DNA of 64,000 nt from an uncultured delta proteobacterium (GCA_963727625.1 CAVSHR010000004.1:1024001-1088000); one strand, 5' to 3'; counted from the first letter of the stretch, positions 39,134 through 49,156 are shown. The notes: generated from the letters alone by a model not told the origin. Program-made: numbers and translations.

Positions 39134-40858
39134 ATGCTGAAGCAGATCGAGACCGACGTCCTGGTGATTGGCGGAGGCATTGCCGGCGCCTTTGCGGCCT
39201 ACAAGGCGCGCGCCTCGGGCGCGCGCGTCTTGCTTGTCGATCGTTCCTATTTTGGCCGCAGCGGCTGCAGCGCTTTGGCTTCCGGGGTCTACCCTTCTTA
39301 CATGCCCGGCGACAAAATCGAAGATTGGATCAACGGGCTCGGTGCGGGGCCGCTGGTCAATCAGACTCTGCTCGTAAAGTCGCTTCCGGTCATGTACGAG
39401 CACCTCATGACGATGGACCGCTGGGGGGTGAAGTGGCTCAAGGAAGGCAAAGAGATCGTGCGCATGGGCGCTCCGGGCCGCACCTTCAAAAACGGCGTGT
39501 GGATGACCGAAGGCGGCCCGCAGATGATGATGGCCGTGCGCGCCGGCGTGCTCGAGAGCGGCGTCGAGGTCCTCAATCGCGTGGCGGTCACCCAGCTGTT
39601 GAGTTCCGACGGCAAGCTGCCCACCGAATCGGAGATTATCGGAGCCGCCGGTTTTCACACGCGCAGCGGCGACATCTATATCATTCACGCCAAGGCGACC
39701 ATTATGTGCACGGGACCGTACAAGTTTCCCTATCCCTGGCCCGGCAGCACTCTCGGCTACATGCCCGTGGATCTCTCCGGCGATGGCATCGCCATGATGC
39801 TGCGCGCCGGAGCGCAACTTTCGCGGCTCGAGCTCGGCGGTATCAATCTCAACCCCGACCGGCTTTTGTGCGCGCCCGGCCTGGAATCTCTGATGCCGTC
39901 AGGCGCGAAGTTCGTCGATAAGAACGGCCGCCGTTTTCTCGAGGACTACGATCCCAAGCGAATGGAGATGACCAGCCGCGCACTGCTTTACTTTGCCATC
40001 GCCCATCAGAAGGAACTGGGAAACGTGCCTTCGATGGATCTCCGCGATATTCCCTTGGAGCGCATGGAGCTATTGAAAAAGGCCATCCCCATCGTGGTGT
40101 CGAGCTACGAGGGGCTGGGATTCGACATCACCCAGGAAGCCGTGCCGTACAGTTTCCAAGTGGCCGGCACCGCCGGCATCTTCGGCGCCGGCGCGCGCGT
40201 CACGGAACTCGGTCAGACAACCATTGCCGGCCTGTTCGCCGGCGGCACCTGCACCGACCTCGCCTATCTGCCTGGAGGGCACCTGCCCTTTTGCTCGGTC
40301 ACCGGCCACTGGGCCGGCGAGACGGCCGGCGAGTTTGTCAAGCGATCCGAGCTCAAGCCTTTGGCGGCAAACCAGGTCGCGCAAGCCGTCGACGACATGG
40401 AAGCTCCGCTCAAGCGCTCCGATGAGGTTCGTTACGCGCCGGTCCACCGCCGCTTGGGCGAGCTCGTGATGGAAAAGGTCGGGCTGGTGCTGCGCGCCGA
40501 CCGCTTGCAAGCGGCGCTCGACGAGCTGATCGCGCTACGGGCAAATGAAATTTCTCGCATGCACGCCCGCGATACCCACGACCTGGCCAAAGTCTGGGGG
40601 CTTAAGCACTACACCGATGTATTGGAAGCGACCTTGCGGGCCTATCTGTATCGAACCGAAAGTCGGGTGGCGTTTATCCGCGAAGATTATCCGGTGATCG
40701 ATAACGTGAACTGGGTGAAGATGGTCGTCGTGCAGAAAAGCGGCAAAGATCTCAAGCTGTGGGACGAGCCCCTGCCCGAATCGTTTCATGTCGTTCCGGT
40801 CCGGCCGACGCAGCACAAGCATTTGGTCTTCCGCGAGAAGGACACAGCTCATGCCTAG
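39134..40858 (+). CDS. FAD-dependent oxidoreductase of the AprA/SdhA/FrdA flavoprotein family
   Basis: DVLVIGGGIAG, GRSGCS, IHAKATIMCTG, SGDGIAM, RTESR...REDYP. Confidence 0.85.
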   Translation: MLKQIETDVLVIGGGIAGAFAAYKARASGARVLLVDRSYFGRSGCSALASGVYPSYMPGDKIEDWINGLGAGPLVNQTLLVKSLPVMYEHLMTMDRWGVKWLKEGKEIVRMGAPGRTFKNGVWMTEGGPQMMMAVRAGVLESGVEVLNRVAVTQLLSSDGKLPTESEIIGAAGFHTRSGDIYIIHAKATIMCTGPYKFPYPWPGSTLGYMPVDLSGDGIAMMLRAGAQLSRLELGGINLNPDRLLCAPGLESLMPSGAKFVDKNGRRFLEDYDPKRMEMTSRALLYFAIAHQKELGNVPSMDLRDIPLERMELLKKAIPIVVSSYEGLGFDITQEAVPYSFQVAGTAGIFGAGARVTELGQTTIAGLFAGGTCTDLAYLPGGHLPFCSVTGHWAGETAGEFVKRSELKPLAANQVAQAVDDMEAPLKRSDEVRYAPVHRRLGELVMEKVGLVLRADRLQAALDELIALRANEISRMHARDTHDLAKVWGLKHYTDVLEATLRAYLYRTESRVAFIREDYPVIDNVNWVKMVVVQKSGKDLKLWDEPLPESFHVVPVRPTQHKHLVFREKDTAHA

Positions 40859-41039
40859 CGTTGAGGTCAATCGAATCGCTTGCACGGGCTGCGGGGTGTG
40901 CGTCGAAACCTGTCCGCCCGACGTGTTGCGCATGGACGAGCAAAACAAAGCGGTCGTGGTTTATCCGGACGACTGCCAGGGATGTTTTGTTTGCCAGTGG
41001 GATTGCAAGTTCGAAGCGCTGCGGGTGCGTTTGCCGTAG
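40851..41039 (+). CDS. 2x[4Fe-4S] ferredoxin (AprB-like, short)
   Basis: CTGCGVCVETCP and CQGCFVCQWDC; overlaps the flavoprotein stop. Confidence 0.9.
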   Translation: MPSVEVNRIACTGCGVCVETCPPDVLRMDEQNKAVVVYPDDCQGCFVCQWDCKFEALRVRLP

Positions 41040-41105
41040 CGGTTCGCGACGGCGTCATTTCGCCGCCGCCGTCAGGTTCGTCTTTCGGGCGGATTCGTTT
41101 TTCAA

Positions 41106-41248
41106 GTCGTTGAAAAACTCCGATTGCAGGCTGTTCAAAAAAGTCCAGATGCGAGGCGCGCAAGAAATCGACGAGCGGAGGCGTATTTACTGATACGTTG
41201 GAGCGAGGCGATCAGCGCAACGAAGCAGGTGGGCCTTTTTCAGCAGCC
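41106..41248. mobile_element. MITE-like element with TGAAAAA/TTTTTCAGCAG-type ends
   Basis: GTCGTTGAAAAA and GGCTGTTCAAAAA on the left, TTTTTCAGCAGCC on the right; lies between convergent genes. Confidence 0.55.
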
Positions 41249-41259
41249 GGTTATCGCCG

Positions 41260-42867
41260 TCATTTCGCGGCCGCGCGGGCGAGGTAACTTTCCTTGAGTT
41301 TTTTCTTGTCTATTTTGTAGCCGGAAGCGACCCGCGGCAACGCGAGGAGGGTTTCGAGGCGCTCCGGCCACTTGAAGCGCGCCAAGCCTTTTTCCTGCAG
41401 AAATGATTTGATCTCGACGAGATCGATGGTATTGCCGTCGCGGCAAACCACGAACGCGCAGACCCGTTCACCCATTTCCGGATCGGGAATGCCCGCCACC
41501 GCAACTTCGACGATCTTCGGATGCTGGCTTAACGTCGCCTCGATGTCGGCGGGAAATATATTCTGGCCGCCGCGGATGATGAGGTCGTGCTCCCGCCCCA
41601 TCAGCACGATATTTCCCCCGTCGTCGAGCCGGCCGAGCTCCTGGAGATCGAAATAGCCGTTCACTCGCCGGCTCCGATCGAGCTCGGGGTTATTGAAAAA
41701 ATGCGCTTCGCTGTGAAGCCCGCGCACCCAGAGCCTGCCTACTTCTCCGGGCGCAACATCGTGATCCTCGCCGTCGACGATGCGAATCTGGTTGCCGTCG
41801 AGCGGATGTCCCAGTGTGCCGAGGCGCACCGCCGGGGGATCGTCCCAGCCGGTCGCTGAAATGCCGCCGCAGTCCACGCTGCCGTAAGCCTGGGCGATAC
41901 GACAAGCCAATTTACTTTCAATCTCGGCGGCCCGCTCGGCCGAGAGACTTGCGCCGTGGTTGATCACCAGGCGGAGCTTGCGCAGATCGTAGGGCGACAA
42001 ATCCGCCAGAGCGAGGATCCGCGCTATCATGGTCGGTACCAGCGGGATCACGCTCACTCGCTCCGCCGCCATCAGGCGGCAAAGCTTCGCGGGTGAAGAA
42101 CGATCCGTTAGCACGACCGCGGCGCCCGAGGCACAGCCGCCGTTATACACCAGTGCGTCGGCCGTCCCGGTCACGATCGATGTCGCCGCCGCTAACCGGT
42201 CCTCGGCATGGACCCCGAAGCGCTTCAAGTGAATCCACCCGGTCAACAGCCGGGTATAAAGAGGGACGGCGACGCATTTGGGCATCCCCGTGCTGCCGCT
42301 GGTGGTGGCGATCTGGCAGATATCGAGAATCGAATAACGTGTAGCTTTGAGCCGTTCGGCATCGGCTGCGCCCGCTATCATTTCCTCAAAATCGAGCGTC
42401 CCCGCCGGCACAGCCCCGCCGGTCATGATGATCAAACTCAACGTCTCAGTGCGCGCGGCTTGGAGCAGCTCCAAGTAATCGACGCCCTGGTAAAGTTTTG
42501 GAATGATGGCCGCCTCGGGTTGGGTGAATCGAATGATCGGCCCGAGCTCCGCCAAACTGAACGTCGGCGTTACGGTGACCAGCCGGATGCCTGCTTTTTC
42601 GCAGGCTAAACGGGTCAGAAACAACTCGGCGCAATTGGGCAGCTGGACCAGGACCTTGGAATCACGCTTCAAGTCGAGCTCCAGCAGGCTCAAGGCGAGC
42701 CGGTCGGAGAGCTGTTTGACCTCGGACCAGGTGAGCCGGCGCTTGCGGTCGATCAAGGCTTCGCGCGCGCCGAACTCGGCGGCATTGCGATCACAAAAGT
42801 CCGCAGCCGTCATCGGCGGCATGAGCGCGGCGATCCTTTGCGACAAATCTGGCGTATCTCGATTCAA
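41260..42867 (-). CDS. AMP-dependent acyl-CoA synthetase/ligase
   Basis: TTSGSTGMPK, QAYGS, IIRGGQNIFP, PDPEMGERVCA, KWPE. Confidence 0.9.
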   Translation of the reverse strand: MNRDTPDLSQRIAALMPPMTAADFCDRNAAEFGAREALIDRKRRLTWSEVKQLSDRLALSLLELDLKRDSKVLVQLPNCAELFLTRLACEKAGIRLVTVTPTFSLAELGPIIRFTQPEAAIIPKLYQGVDYLELLQAARTETLSLIIMTGGAVPAGTLDFEEMIAGAADAERLKATRYSILDICQIATTSGSTGMPKCVAVPLYTRLLTGWIHLKRFGVHAEDRLAAATSIVTGTADALVYNGGCASGAAVVLTDRSSPAKLCRLMAAERVSVIPLVPTMIARILALADLSPYDLRKLRLVINHGASLSAERAAEIESKLACRIAQAYGSVDCGGISATGWDDPPAVRLGTLGHPLDGNQIRIVDGEDHDVAPGEVGRLWVRGLHSEAHFFNNPELDRSRRVNGYFDLQELGRLDDGGNIVLMGREHDLIIRGGQNIFPADIEATLSQHPKIVEVAVAGIPDPEMGERVCAFVVCRDGNTIDLVEIKSFLQEKGLARFKWPERLETLLALPRVASGYKIDKKKLKESYLARAAAK

Positions 42868-43050
42868 GAGCGCGAAACCTCAGTCGACTGAGTCACGCCG
42901 ACCATCAGTTCCCATTATCCGAGCCTCAACTACTAGAGCAACCGCGCTCGGCTGTCGATTGCGAGCGGCTCGCCGTTTTGGTTTGCGCCGAACGCCGGCC
43001 ATCATACCGCAACCCAGGGCTCCAACGCCGGTGCGCAACGGGGGCACAAT

Positions 43051-43764
43051 TCAAAGCCGAGCCAGAACTCTCTGCTTCCAGAGCTCCCAAGTCCGTCTGA
43101 TCTGGGTGGCGTCCGGTCCTGAACGGGCATTTACTTTCGCCGCTTCTTCCGGTGTCAAATAGATCAACGGTCCGCTCAGCATCGCCGCTTGCAGCTGAAG
43201 CCGAGCGTTGAGTTCGGTTTGGATCGCCCGATAGACGGCTTGCTGCACAGTCTGTCCTACCACGACGTTGCCGTGGCCGCGCAGCAGCGCCACGGCACCT
43301 TGACCCAAAGTCGCGCTGAGGGCCTTGCCAAGCTCGCCGTTGCCGATGAGCAAGTCGGTCATGCCGGCCGCTTGACGGATATCGAACACCGGAACCGAGG
43401 GAGAAAGGAATCCGGCGCCGTTAAACACCGGCTGGAGCGCTGTCCGGCTGATGCTGAATGGAATCGTGGTCGGGGAATGGCTATGAATCACCGCCATCAC
43501 ATCGGACCGCGCCTTGTACGTCTCGCCGTGGATAAAACGTTCGAGAAACAGCTCTCGGCCTTGACGCTCGACGGCGTTGGAATCCAGGTCGTATTCCATG
43601 ATGTCGGAAACCGTCACCAGAGCCGGGGCGAGGGAGCGCGACATCAGGTAACGCTGCGGATTATCCGGATGGCGCACGCTCACATGGCCGAGGCCGTCGA
43701 GGACGCCTTCGTTGGCGAGAATACGACTCGCCGCTACGAGATTCGCTATGATCTGTTCGTCCAT
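43051..43764 (-). CDS. Class II aldolase/adducin family protein
   Basis: GHVSVRHP, ERFIH, AVIHSHSP, LLRGHG; AGGAGG RBS before MDEQ. Confidence 0.9.
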   Translation of the reverse strand: MDEQIIANLVAASRILANEGVLDGLGHVSVRHPDNPQRYLMSRSLAPALVTVSDIMEYDLDSNAVERQGRELFLERFIHGETYKARSDVMAVIHSHSPTTIPFSISRTALQPVFNGAGFLSPSVPVFDIRQAAGMTDLLIGNGELGKALSATLGQGAVALLRGHGNVVVGQTVQQAVYRAIQTELNARLQLQAAMLSGPLIYLTPEEAAKVNARSGPDATQIRRTWELWKQRVLARL

Positions 43765-44019
43765 GAAGTCTCCTCCTGGACCGGTGTACGGTCGTTTCAA
43801 AATCGTCAGGCCATCGCCTGGTGCAAGCTTTAGCAAAACTCAAGAGGATTGCGAACCCTGAGCTGCATCTCGACGAGGTCGCTACAGCTCACGATGTAGG
43901 CGGTTAAAGGTGACGCAGCCGCAGTCCATTGTAGAGACTTCCATTACTGGATCAACAAGTTCCGTTTTGCCGGTACGGCTTTGTGAACGGAGCGCAGCGG
44001 TTGAACGTGCTTTCTCTTC

Positions 44020-45654
44020 CTACGGCCTAAAGCCCACCACGAGATGGGCCCGGTGGGATTCCGGGAAAGATTCTCCTTCGCACTGGAGCGTGACGATGTA
44101 GGTGCCCGCCTTGGGGATCGCCTCGGGCGGAATGGTCGTCCTGAGCTCGTCCTTCGAGATAAAGCTCGTCGGCAGCGGCTCGCCGTTCAGCAGGACACTG
44201 TGAAACGGCCACATGCCGCCCGCTCCGCGGACCGTCATGACGGTGGGACCCGAGCCCTCGATGAGAAACAGCGGCGCGATCTCGAGGTCCAGCGGCAGGG
44301 TTTGATAGGAATAGAAGGACGGGATCGGATTTTTGTATTGGGTAAATCCGCTATCGATGACCTTGCCGTCCATGACGACCATCTTGACGTTTTGCGTCAC
44401 CCAGATGTCTTGGAGCGGATCGCCCTCGACGATCGAGAGGTCGGCGACCTTGCCGGGCTCGACGCTGCCGTAGTCCTTGTCCTTCTTGAAAGTCTTGGCG
44501 GCGGTGAGCGTGGCCGCCTGGATCGCGGTCATCGGCGGCACGCCCGCCTCGACGTCCATCGCCAGGGCCTCATGCATCAGCAGGGCCGCCATGCCGCGCG
44601 GGGGATCCGAACCTTCCTTCAGAATGCCGCCCGCCTCGACGAAGCGACGGATGAACTCGTTCGCTTTCTCATAGCCGACTTTGGCGCGAGAGAGCTGCTC
44701 GGAGGAATAGCGCTTGAACAGCTTGTCGTAGGCGTTGTCGGTCACCGTGCGAACCGCGGCCGGGAGATCGGCCTTGGGGTCGTTGAGGATTTCGTTTTCC
44801 CTTTTTCTGAAGCGCTCGGCGCTGGGCGACAGCGGCCGCAGCCATTTTGCTATGGTTGGAGTCCACGCAACGCCGCGCTCGACCATGGCGCCGATCACCT
44901 CGTCGAAATTTTCGGTTTGATAGTAAGAGCCGGCGAGTTCCTGGTCGATCCTTCCTCCCAGCCGATCCTCGGCCAGTTTGCGCCTTGCCGGAACATATGG
45001 AATCGAGCTGTAGCCGACCGACCAGATATGCTCGATCGAGTCGACGCCTGTATGGACCGAGCCGACGACGTCCCAGCTGTGGCAGGCTACCGGCATGTCC
45101 AGTCGATGGGCTTCGTCGACGGCGATTTTCAGCAAATCCAAAGATAGAAACTCGTTGACCTTGAGGATGTCGCAGCCAATCTCCTTTTTCCGCCGCACCG
45201 CGTTGCGCACCTCTTCCGGCGTCGTGACGATGATGTGACCCCGGGATACTCTCGAGAGGGGTACGTCGTGCCCGGTGCCGACGGCGCCGATCGCCTGGCC
45301 TGACATCCAAATCCGCGGTCCGCGGATTTTCTCCAGATCGGTCCCCTGTTTTTGCGCGCGGGTCCATGGGCCGTCCTGGTAGGTGTCGATCGTAGCGCAG
45401 GTCGTAATTCCCAGGTGGAGATAGAGCTCGCCATGGAAATCCTCCAGGTGTCCATGACCGTCGATAAAGCCGGGCAGCACGGTCTTGCCTTTGACGTCGA
45501 TCACCTGCGCGTCGGCGGGAATGGAGACTTGCCCGCCTCGACCGACGGCTTGGAACCTGCCGCCCCGCATAACGATGACGGAATTTTCGATCGGCGGCCG
45601 GCCGGTGCCATCAATCAGTCTGCCGCCGTGCACCACGAGTGCTTCGTCTGCCAT
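44020..45654 (-). CDS. Amidohydrolase family protein with C-terminal Ig-like domain
   Basis: GGRLIDGTG, LPGFIDGHGH, EGSDP, GSVEPGKVADL. Confidence 0.85.
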   Translation of the reverse strand: MADEALVVHGGRLIDGTGRPPIENSVIVMRGGRFQAVGRGGQVSIPADAQVIDVKGKTVLPGFIDGHGHLEDFHGELYLHLGITTCATIDTYQDGPWTRAQKQGTDLEKIRGPRIWMSGQAIGAVGTGHDVPLSRVSRGHIIVTTPEEVRNAVRRKKEIGCDILKVNEFLSLDLLKIAVDEAHRLDMPVACHSWDVVGSVHTGVDSIEHIWSVGYSSIPYVPARRKLAEDRLGGRIDQELAGSYYQTENFDEVIGAMVERGVAWTPTIAKWLRPLSPSAERFRKRENEILNDPKADLPAAVRTVTDNAYDKLFKRYSSEQLSRAKVGYEKANEFIRRFVEAGGILKEGSDPPRGMAALLMHEALAMDVEAGVPPMTAIQAATLTAAKTFKKDKDYGSVEPGKVADLSIVEGDPLQDIWVTQNVKMVVMDGKVIDSGFTQYKNPIPSFYSYQTLPLDLEIAPLFLIEGSGPTVMTVRGAGGMWPFHSVLLNGEPLPTSFISKDELRTTIPPEAIPKAGTYIVTLQCEGESFPESHRAHLVVGFRP

Positions 45655-45693
45655 CTTTTGCTTTCTCCCCTCGCGTCGATCGTCAGCACGCGC

Positions 45694-46346
45694 TTAAGGG
45701 AACCGGCTACTTTTCTTCTCGTTTCGCGGCCGCCCGCGCGGGCGCAACGTGCGAGCGAGTCCGAATACCGTCGCCACTTCCGCTTGCCAATGTTTTTTTC
45801 CGAAGGGTCTTTGCCGATTCAAATATTCACGCACCGACGTTAGTTGATCGCCGTTTATCGGTTCGGTCAACAGATCGTCAGAACTCACAGGACATGGGGT
45901 CAATCAGCTCCGGCCGCCGCAGACTCGACCAAAACCATTCCTGCGCCGTGCTCGACAACCCAGCGCGAACCCGGATCTTGCAACACGTCACGCAAAGCAG
46001 CAATCAAGTGTTCATTGCGCTGAACTGAAAAACTCTTGAAGCGGCCCTGCCAAACATGTCCGCTGCCACCGAAACGTTTGTGATAATGCCGCACTTGGCT
46101 CGTCAGCAGCCACTGCATGAACTGACTCGGTGCGGCTTGACGAGCAGGTTCGAGAACGAGGTGGAAGTGATTCGGCATCAGACAGAAACCGAAAAGCTTG
46201 ATCTGATGTCGCGTCTTCGCTTCAGCCAGCAGGGATAGAAAGACTTTGTAATCTTGTGACTTGTGGAATACCGTGGCGCGCCCGTTGCCCCGGTTGACGG
46301 GATGGTAGACGTAACCGCCCTGCTGTCCTCGTGGAATTCTCGGCAC
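45694..46346 (-). pseudogene. Frameshifted RAYT/Y1 transposase
   Basis: YHPVNRGN, FCLMPNHFHL, GHVWQGRFK; the C-terminus LRPRGRPR lies in another frame (45694-45903). Confidence 0.8.
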
Positions 46347-46404
46347 GCAGCGCTGCTAACACGCGCGCAATCGAGCTTTCAATACAAAAGTAGCCGGTCC
46401 CCTT
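45696..46404 (-). mobile_element. RAYT/Y1 HUH element bounded by 19-bp inverted repeats
   Basis: AAGGGAACCGGCTACTTTT (45696-45714) and AAAAGTAGCCGGTCCCCTT (46386-46404), 18/19 complementary. Confidence 0.75.
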
Positions 46405-46419
46405 TTCCGGATCTCATGC

Positions 46420-46641
46420 TCAAGCGGCTCGAACGTCCACTCGACCAATCACCAAACCTTCTTCTTTGGGAACTTCTTGTCCCTCGTCTTTCAAACCCTG
46501 GATGTGAAGCTCAATCGCCTCCCTGACGTTGTTCATAGCCTCGTCGATCGTTTCCCCCTGGCTGAGACAGCCGGGCAGAGACGGCACATCCACCCAATAT
46601 CCGCCTTCCTCTGCACTGTGCACGACAACTGTGTATTGCAT
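46420..46641 (-). CDS. hicB: HicB-family antitoxin
   Basis: EEGGYWVDVPSLPGCLSQGETIDEAMNNVREAI. Confidence 0.9.
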   Translation of the reverse strand: MQYTVVVHSAEEGGYWVDVPSLPGCLSQGETIDEAMNNVREAIELHIQGLKDEGQEVPKEEGLVIGRVDVRAA

Positions 46642-46659
46642 GGTATGCTCCCTCAAAAC

Positions 46660-46876
46660 CAAGTCCAAAAAACTCTTCCTCGGCTAATCCCGCCTTGCGA
46701 ATAGCAGCCTTCAGCAAGCCGATTTTGAGCTCTTGGTGCAAAGGTATCGTGACGAGTTGGCCATTCGGCATCTTGATATTGGCATGATCCCCTTTACCGG
46801 CCCGACGAATCCCGCCCACCTTCGCAAAAGCCTTTGCCGCCTCGGCACCGCCAGCAGTATGGCATCCAGCGGCCAC
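46660..46876 (-). pseudogene. hicA: HicA-family toxin, apparently degenerate (no stop at the expected place)
   Basis: KAFAKVG...GKGDH...VTIPLHQELKIGLLKAAIRKAGL; frame runs on into hicB to 46511. Confidence 0.65.
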
Positions 46877-47138
46877 TTCTCTGCACTTTTCTTAGGATAC
46901 AATACCGAGAGTGAATTCGCTAAACGAAGAACCTGCCGCTCCCGTTCCGCGCGCCTCTGAGCAACAGTACAAGCCATCGGTCCCACCGTCACCGCGCAAG
47001 AACACCGCCAAATGCACTTCAGAGCCGCGCCAGATCGGACCAAGCTATCTTCTTGCCAAACCGCCAACCGCAATCGCATTCGACCAGCGCTCATCGCGCG
47101 GCCGTGAGGCCATTGGTGTTTTTGTGAAGAACAACGTC

Positions 47139-47370
47139 TTGAACGGAGCAACGCGCTTGGAAGAGCGGAACTCTCCGGTTATTTCTGTTGGCTCAAGCCT
47201 CGCGCCTATTTTACGAACGTCTTGAACGGAGCGCAGCGATTGAATCCTTCGGCTAACTCAGGATAGGCTCTTTGAACGACTGGATCGTTGAACGGTTGAA
47301 CTTTTGAACCTTTGAACAGCCCCCTGTCTCAGATCGAACCTTGAACCTTTGAACCGTTGAACTTTTGAAC
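47139..47370. repeat. Cluster of TTGAAC units with an embedded CCTTCG..CTCAGG..AGGC REP-like unit
   Basis: About ten ttgaac/tggaac units; REP-like unit at 47246-47268. Confidence 0.65.
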
Positions 47371-47388
47371 GAGACGTTTCTAACCCGG

Positions 47389-48021
47389 TCAGTAAAGCTC
47401 GGTCTTCAAACGCTCGGCATATTTCTCATTATAATCCCTGGCGTAGGCAGCATCCTTGCCGTCGCGGGCGGCGGCGAAGTCGCCGTGGCTCGGCGCCCCG
47501 TTCGGCCGCGCCGTCGCGTCCCACAGCTTCGCCCGCACGAAGGCTTTGGGACAGTGATTGAAGGCTTCTTGGACCGCGACGACAACGACCACGCGCGGCA
47601 GCTTGCCGCGCACCTCGAATCGTTTCAGCAACTCCGGGTCCGTGCTGATCGTCGCGCTGCCGGTCACGCGGTAGGTTTCGTTCGATCCCGGGACCATGAA
47701 AATGAGACCGACCTTCGGGTTGACGAGCAGGTTCCTCATCCCGTCGATGCGGTTGTTGCCCGGCCGGTCCGGGATCAGCAGTGTGCGGTCGTCGAGCAGC
47801 TGCACGAAGCCCGGCGCATCGCCCTTGGGCGAACAGTCGATGCTGGTCCCGCTCGAGGTGGCGAGCACCAGGAAAGGCGATGCCGCGATGAAGGCGCGCC
47901 CGACCTCGGTGATGTGGTCGGTTTCCTTGGTGGCGATGTGGGGCAACGGCCGGGCATAAATCTTCGCGAGATCGTCCAGCGAAGTAACGGTGTAGGCATC
48001 GTTCCGGTCTATCGTGTCCAT
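47389..48021 (-). CDS. Pyridoxamine 5'-phosphate oxidase-like FMN-binding protein (MSMEG_1061 type)
   Basis: DCSPKGDAPGFV, PDRPGNNRID, NPKVGLIFMVPG, HCPKAFVRAKLW. Confidence 0.9.
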   Translation of the reverse strand: MDTIDRNDAYTVTSLDDLAKIYARPLPHIATKETDHITEVGRAFIAASPFLVLATSSGTSIDCSPKGDAPGFVQLLDDRTLLIPDRPGNNRIDGMRNLLVNPKVGLIFMVPGSNETYRVTGSATISTDPELLKRFEVRGKLPRVVVVVAVQEAFNHCPKAFVRAKLWDATARPNGAPSHGDFAAARDGKDAAYARDYNEKYAERLKTELY

Positions 48022-48272
48022 GTCATATCCCTCTTCGGTCGGTGACGGGTAGCAGTAGTCTTCCGTCTACGCAATATCGACTGCCGACCGAGTCTTGTCA
48101 ACGTTGGAATTCGATCCAAATCATATTGCACCGGGGCATGAGGTCCCTAAATTTCAAGATTAAAGACCAGACCCCAATTTTTTGCATTGGCTTGAAAAAG
48201 CTGCCTCTAAGCCTATAAACGATGCCGTTTATGCCACCTCGTGCTGTCAAATCAAGAAGTTGCCTTGGCGGT

Positions 48273-49061
48273 TCAGCCGACCACCGATGGATCGGGAACG
48301 AGGGAGCGCTGGAGCCACTGGAACATGCGCCATCCGACCGGGTCGGGCGCGAGTGTCGACGCTGCAAGGGCAGCGGCCTCGTCGGAGATCGCTCGCCCGT
48401 TCGGCGCTTTCACGTGGACTTCGGCCACTCGTTCGGCCATCACGAACCAGCCAATCGATTCCTCCACCGAACGGCCCACCGTGAGCAGGCCGTGGTTTCG
48501 CAGGATGCAGAACTTGCGGTTACCGAGTGCTGTGGCGATGCGCTCGCCGCCATCGATCGAAAGCACCTCCACCTCCTCATCGTCGAAAAGTGCCTGGTCG
48601 AACACGAATGCACAGGCCTCCTGACTGAGCGCGCGGAACGGCTCGACGTTGGCCGACCAGGGGGTGCCGAAGGGCGTGTGGATGTGAGCTGCGCTGACGA
48701 CGTCGGGACGGGCGGCAAGCAGCGGGCGGTGGATGTTGTAGCCGGCTGTGTTGACGGCGCCGGTCACGTTGCCGTCGGCATCCTTCACTTCGCCGCCGGG
48801 CCCGACCAGCACCAGGCGCTCCACCGTCGCCGCGCCGAAGGGAACGCCCCAGTCGAGCAGCCAGAAGTGGTCGGTCAACAGAGGGTCGCGGGCCGATATA
48901 TGGCCGTCGCCGAGCATGCCCCACCGCATCGCGCCGAAGATGCGGTAGCCGAGCGCACAGATCCGTTTGCGATGCGCCCGTTCTTCGGCGATCGAACGGA
49001 CGGTGCCGTAGGGTTCGACCCCCTCAAACGGTGGATAAGGACTCGATGTCATGTTGGCCAT
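48273..49061 (-). CDS. Class II aldolase/adducin family protein
   Basis: GHISARDP, IHRP...RPDVVSAAHIHT, ILRNHGLLTVG. Confidence 0.9.
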   Translation of the reverse strand: MANMTSSPYPPFEGVEPYGTVRSIAEERAHRKRICALGYRIFGAMRWGMLGDGHISARDPLLTDHFWLLDWGVPFGAATVERLVLVGPGGEVKDADGNVTGAVNTAGYNIHRPLLAARPDVVSAAHIHTPFGTPWSANVEPFRALSQEACAFVFDQALFDDEEVEVLSIDGGERIATALGNRKFCILRNHGLLTVGRSVEESIGWFVMAERVAEVHVKAPNGRAISDEAAALAASTLAPDPVGWRMFQWLQRSLVPDPSVVG

Positions 49062-49123
49062 GCAGCGCCGCGCGATTCAGTCGGGCGTTTATCGGAAATT
49101 TCAACCGGCTTTATCTGGGGCAA

Positions 49124-49152
49124 GCCATATCGCCACACCTCGGAGCTGTCAA
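49124..49152 (-). promoter_or_regulatory. Sigma70-type promoter, copy 3 of a triplicated motif
   Basis: TTGACA-GCTCCGAGGTGTGGCGA(17)-TATGGC upstream of the aldolase. Confidence 0.55.
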
Positions 49153-49156
49153 TCGT

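Noticed and set aside
46990-47110. RDERWSNAIAVG-coding segment similar to the C-terminus of the 31802 RAYT chimera
   Set aside because: Probably another RAYT remnant, but too short and degenerate to delimit.
47139-47370. TTGAAC clusters (also 51680-51728) as a CRISPR array
   Set aside because: Units are 7-9 nt with no 30-40-nt unique spacers, and no cas genes are present.
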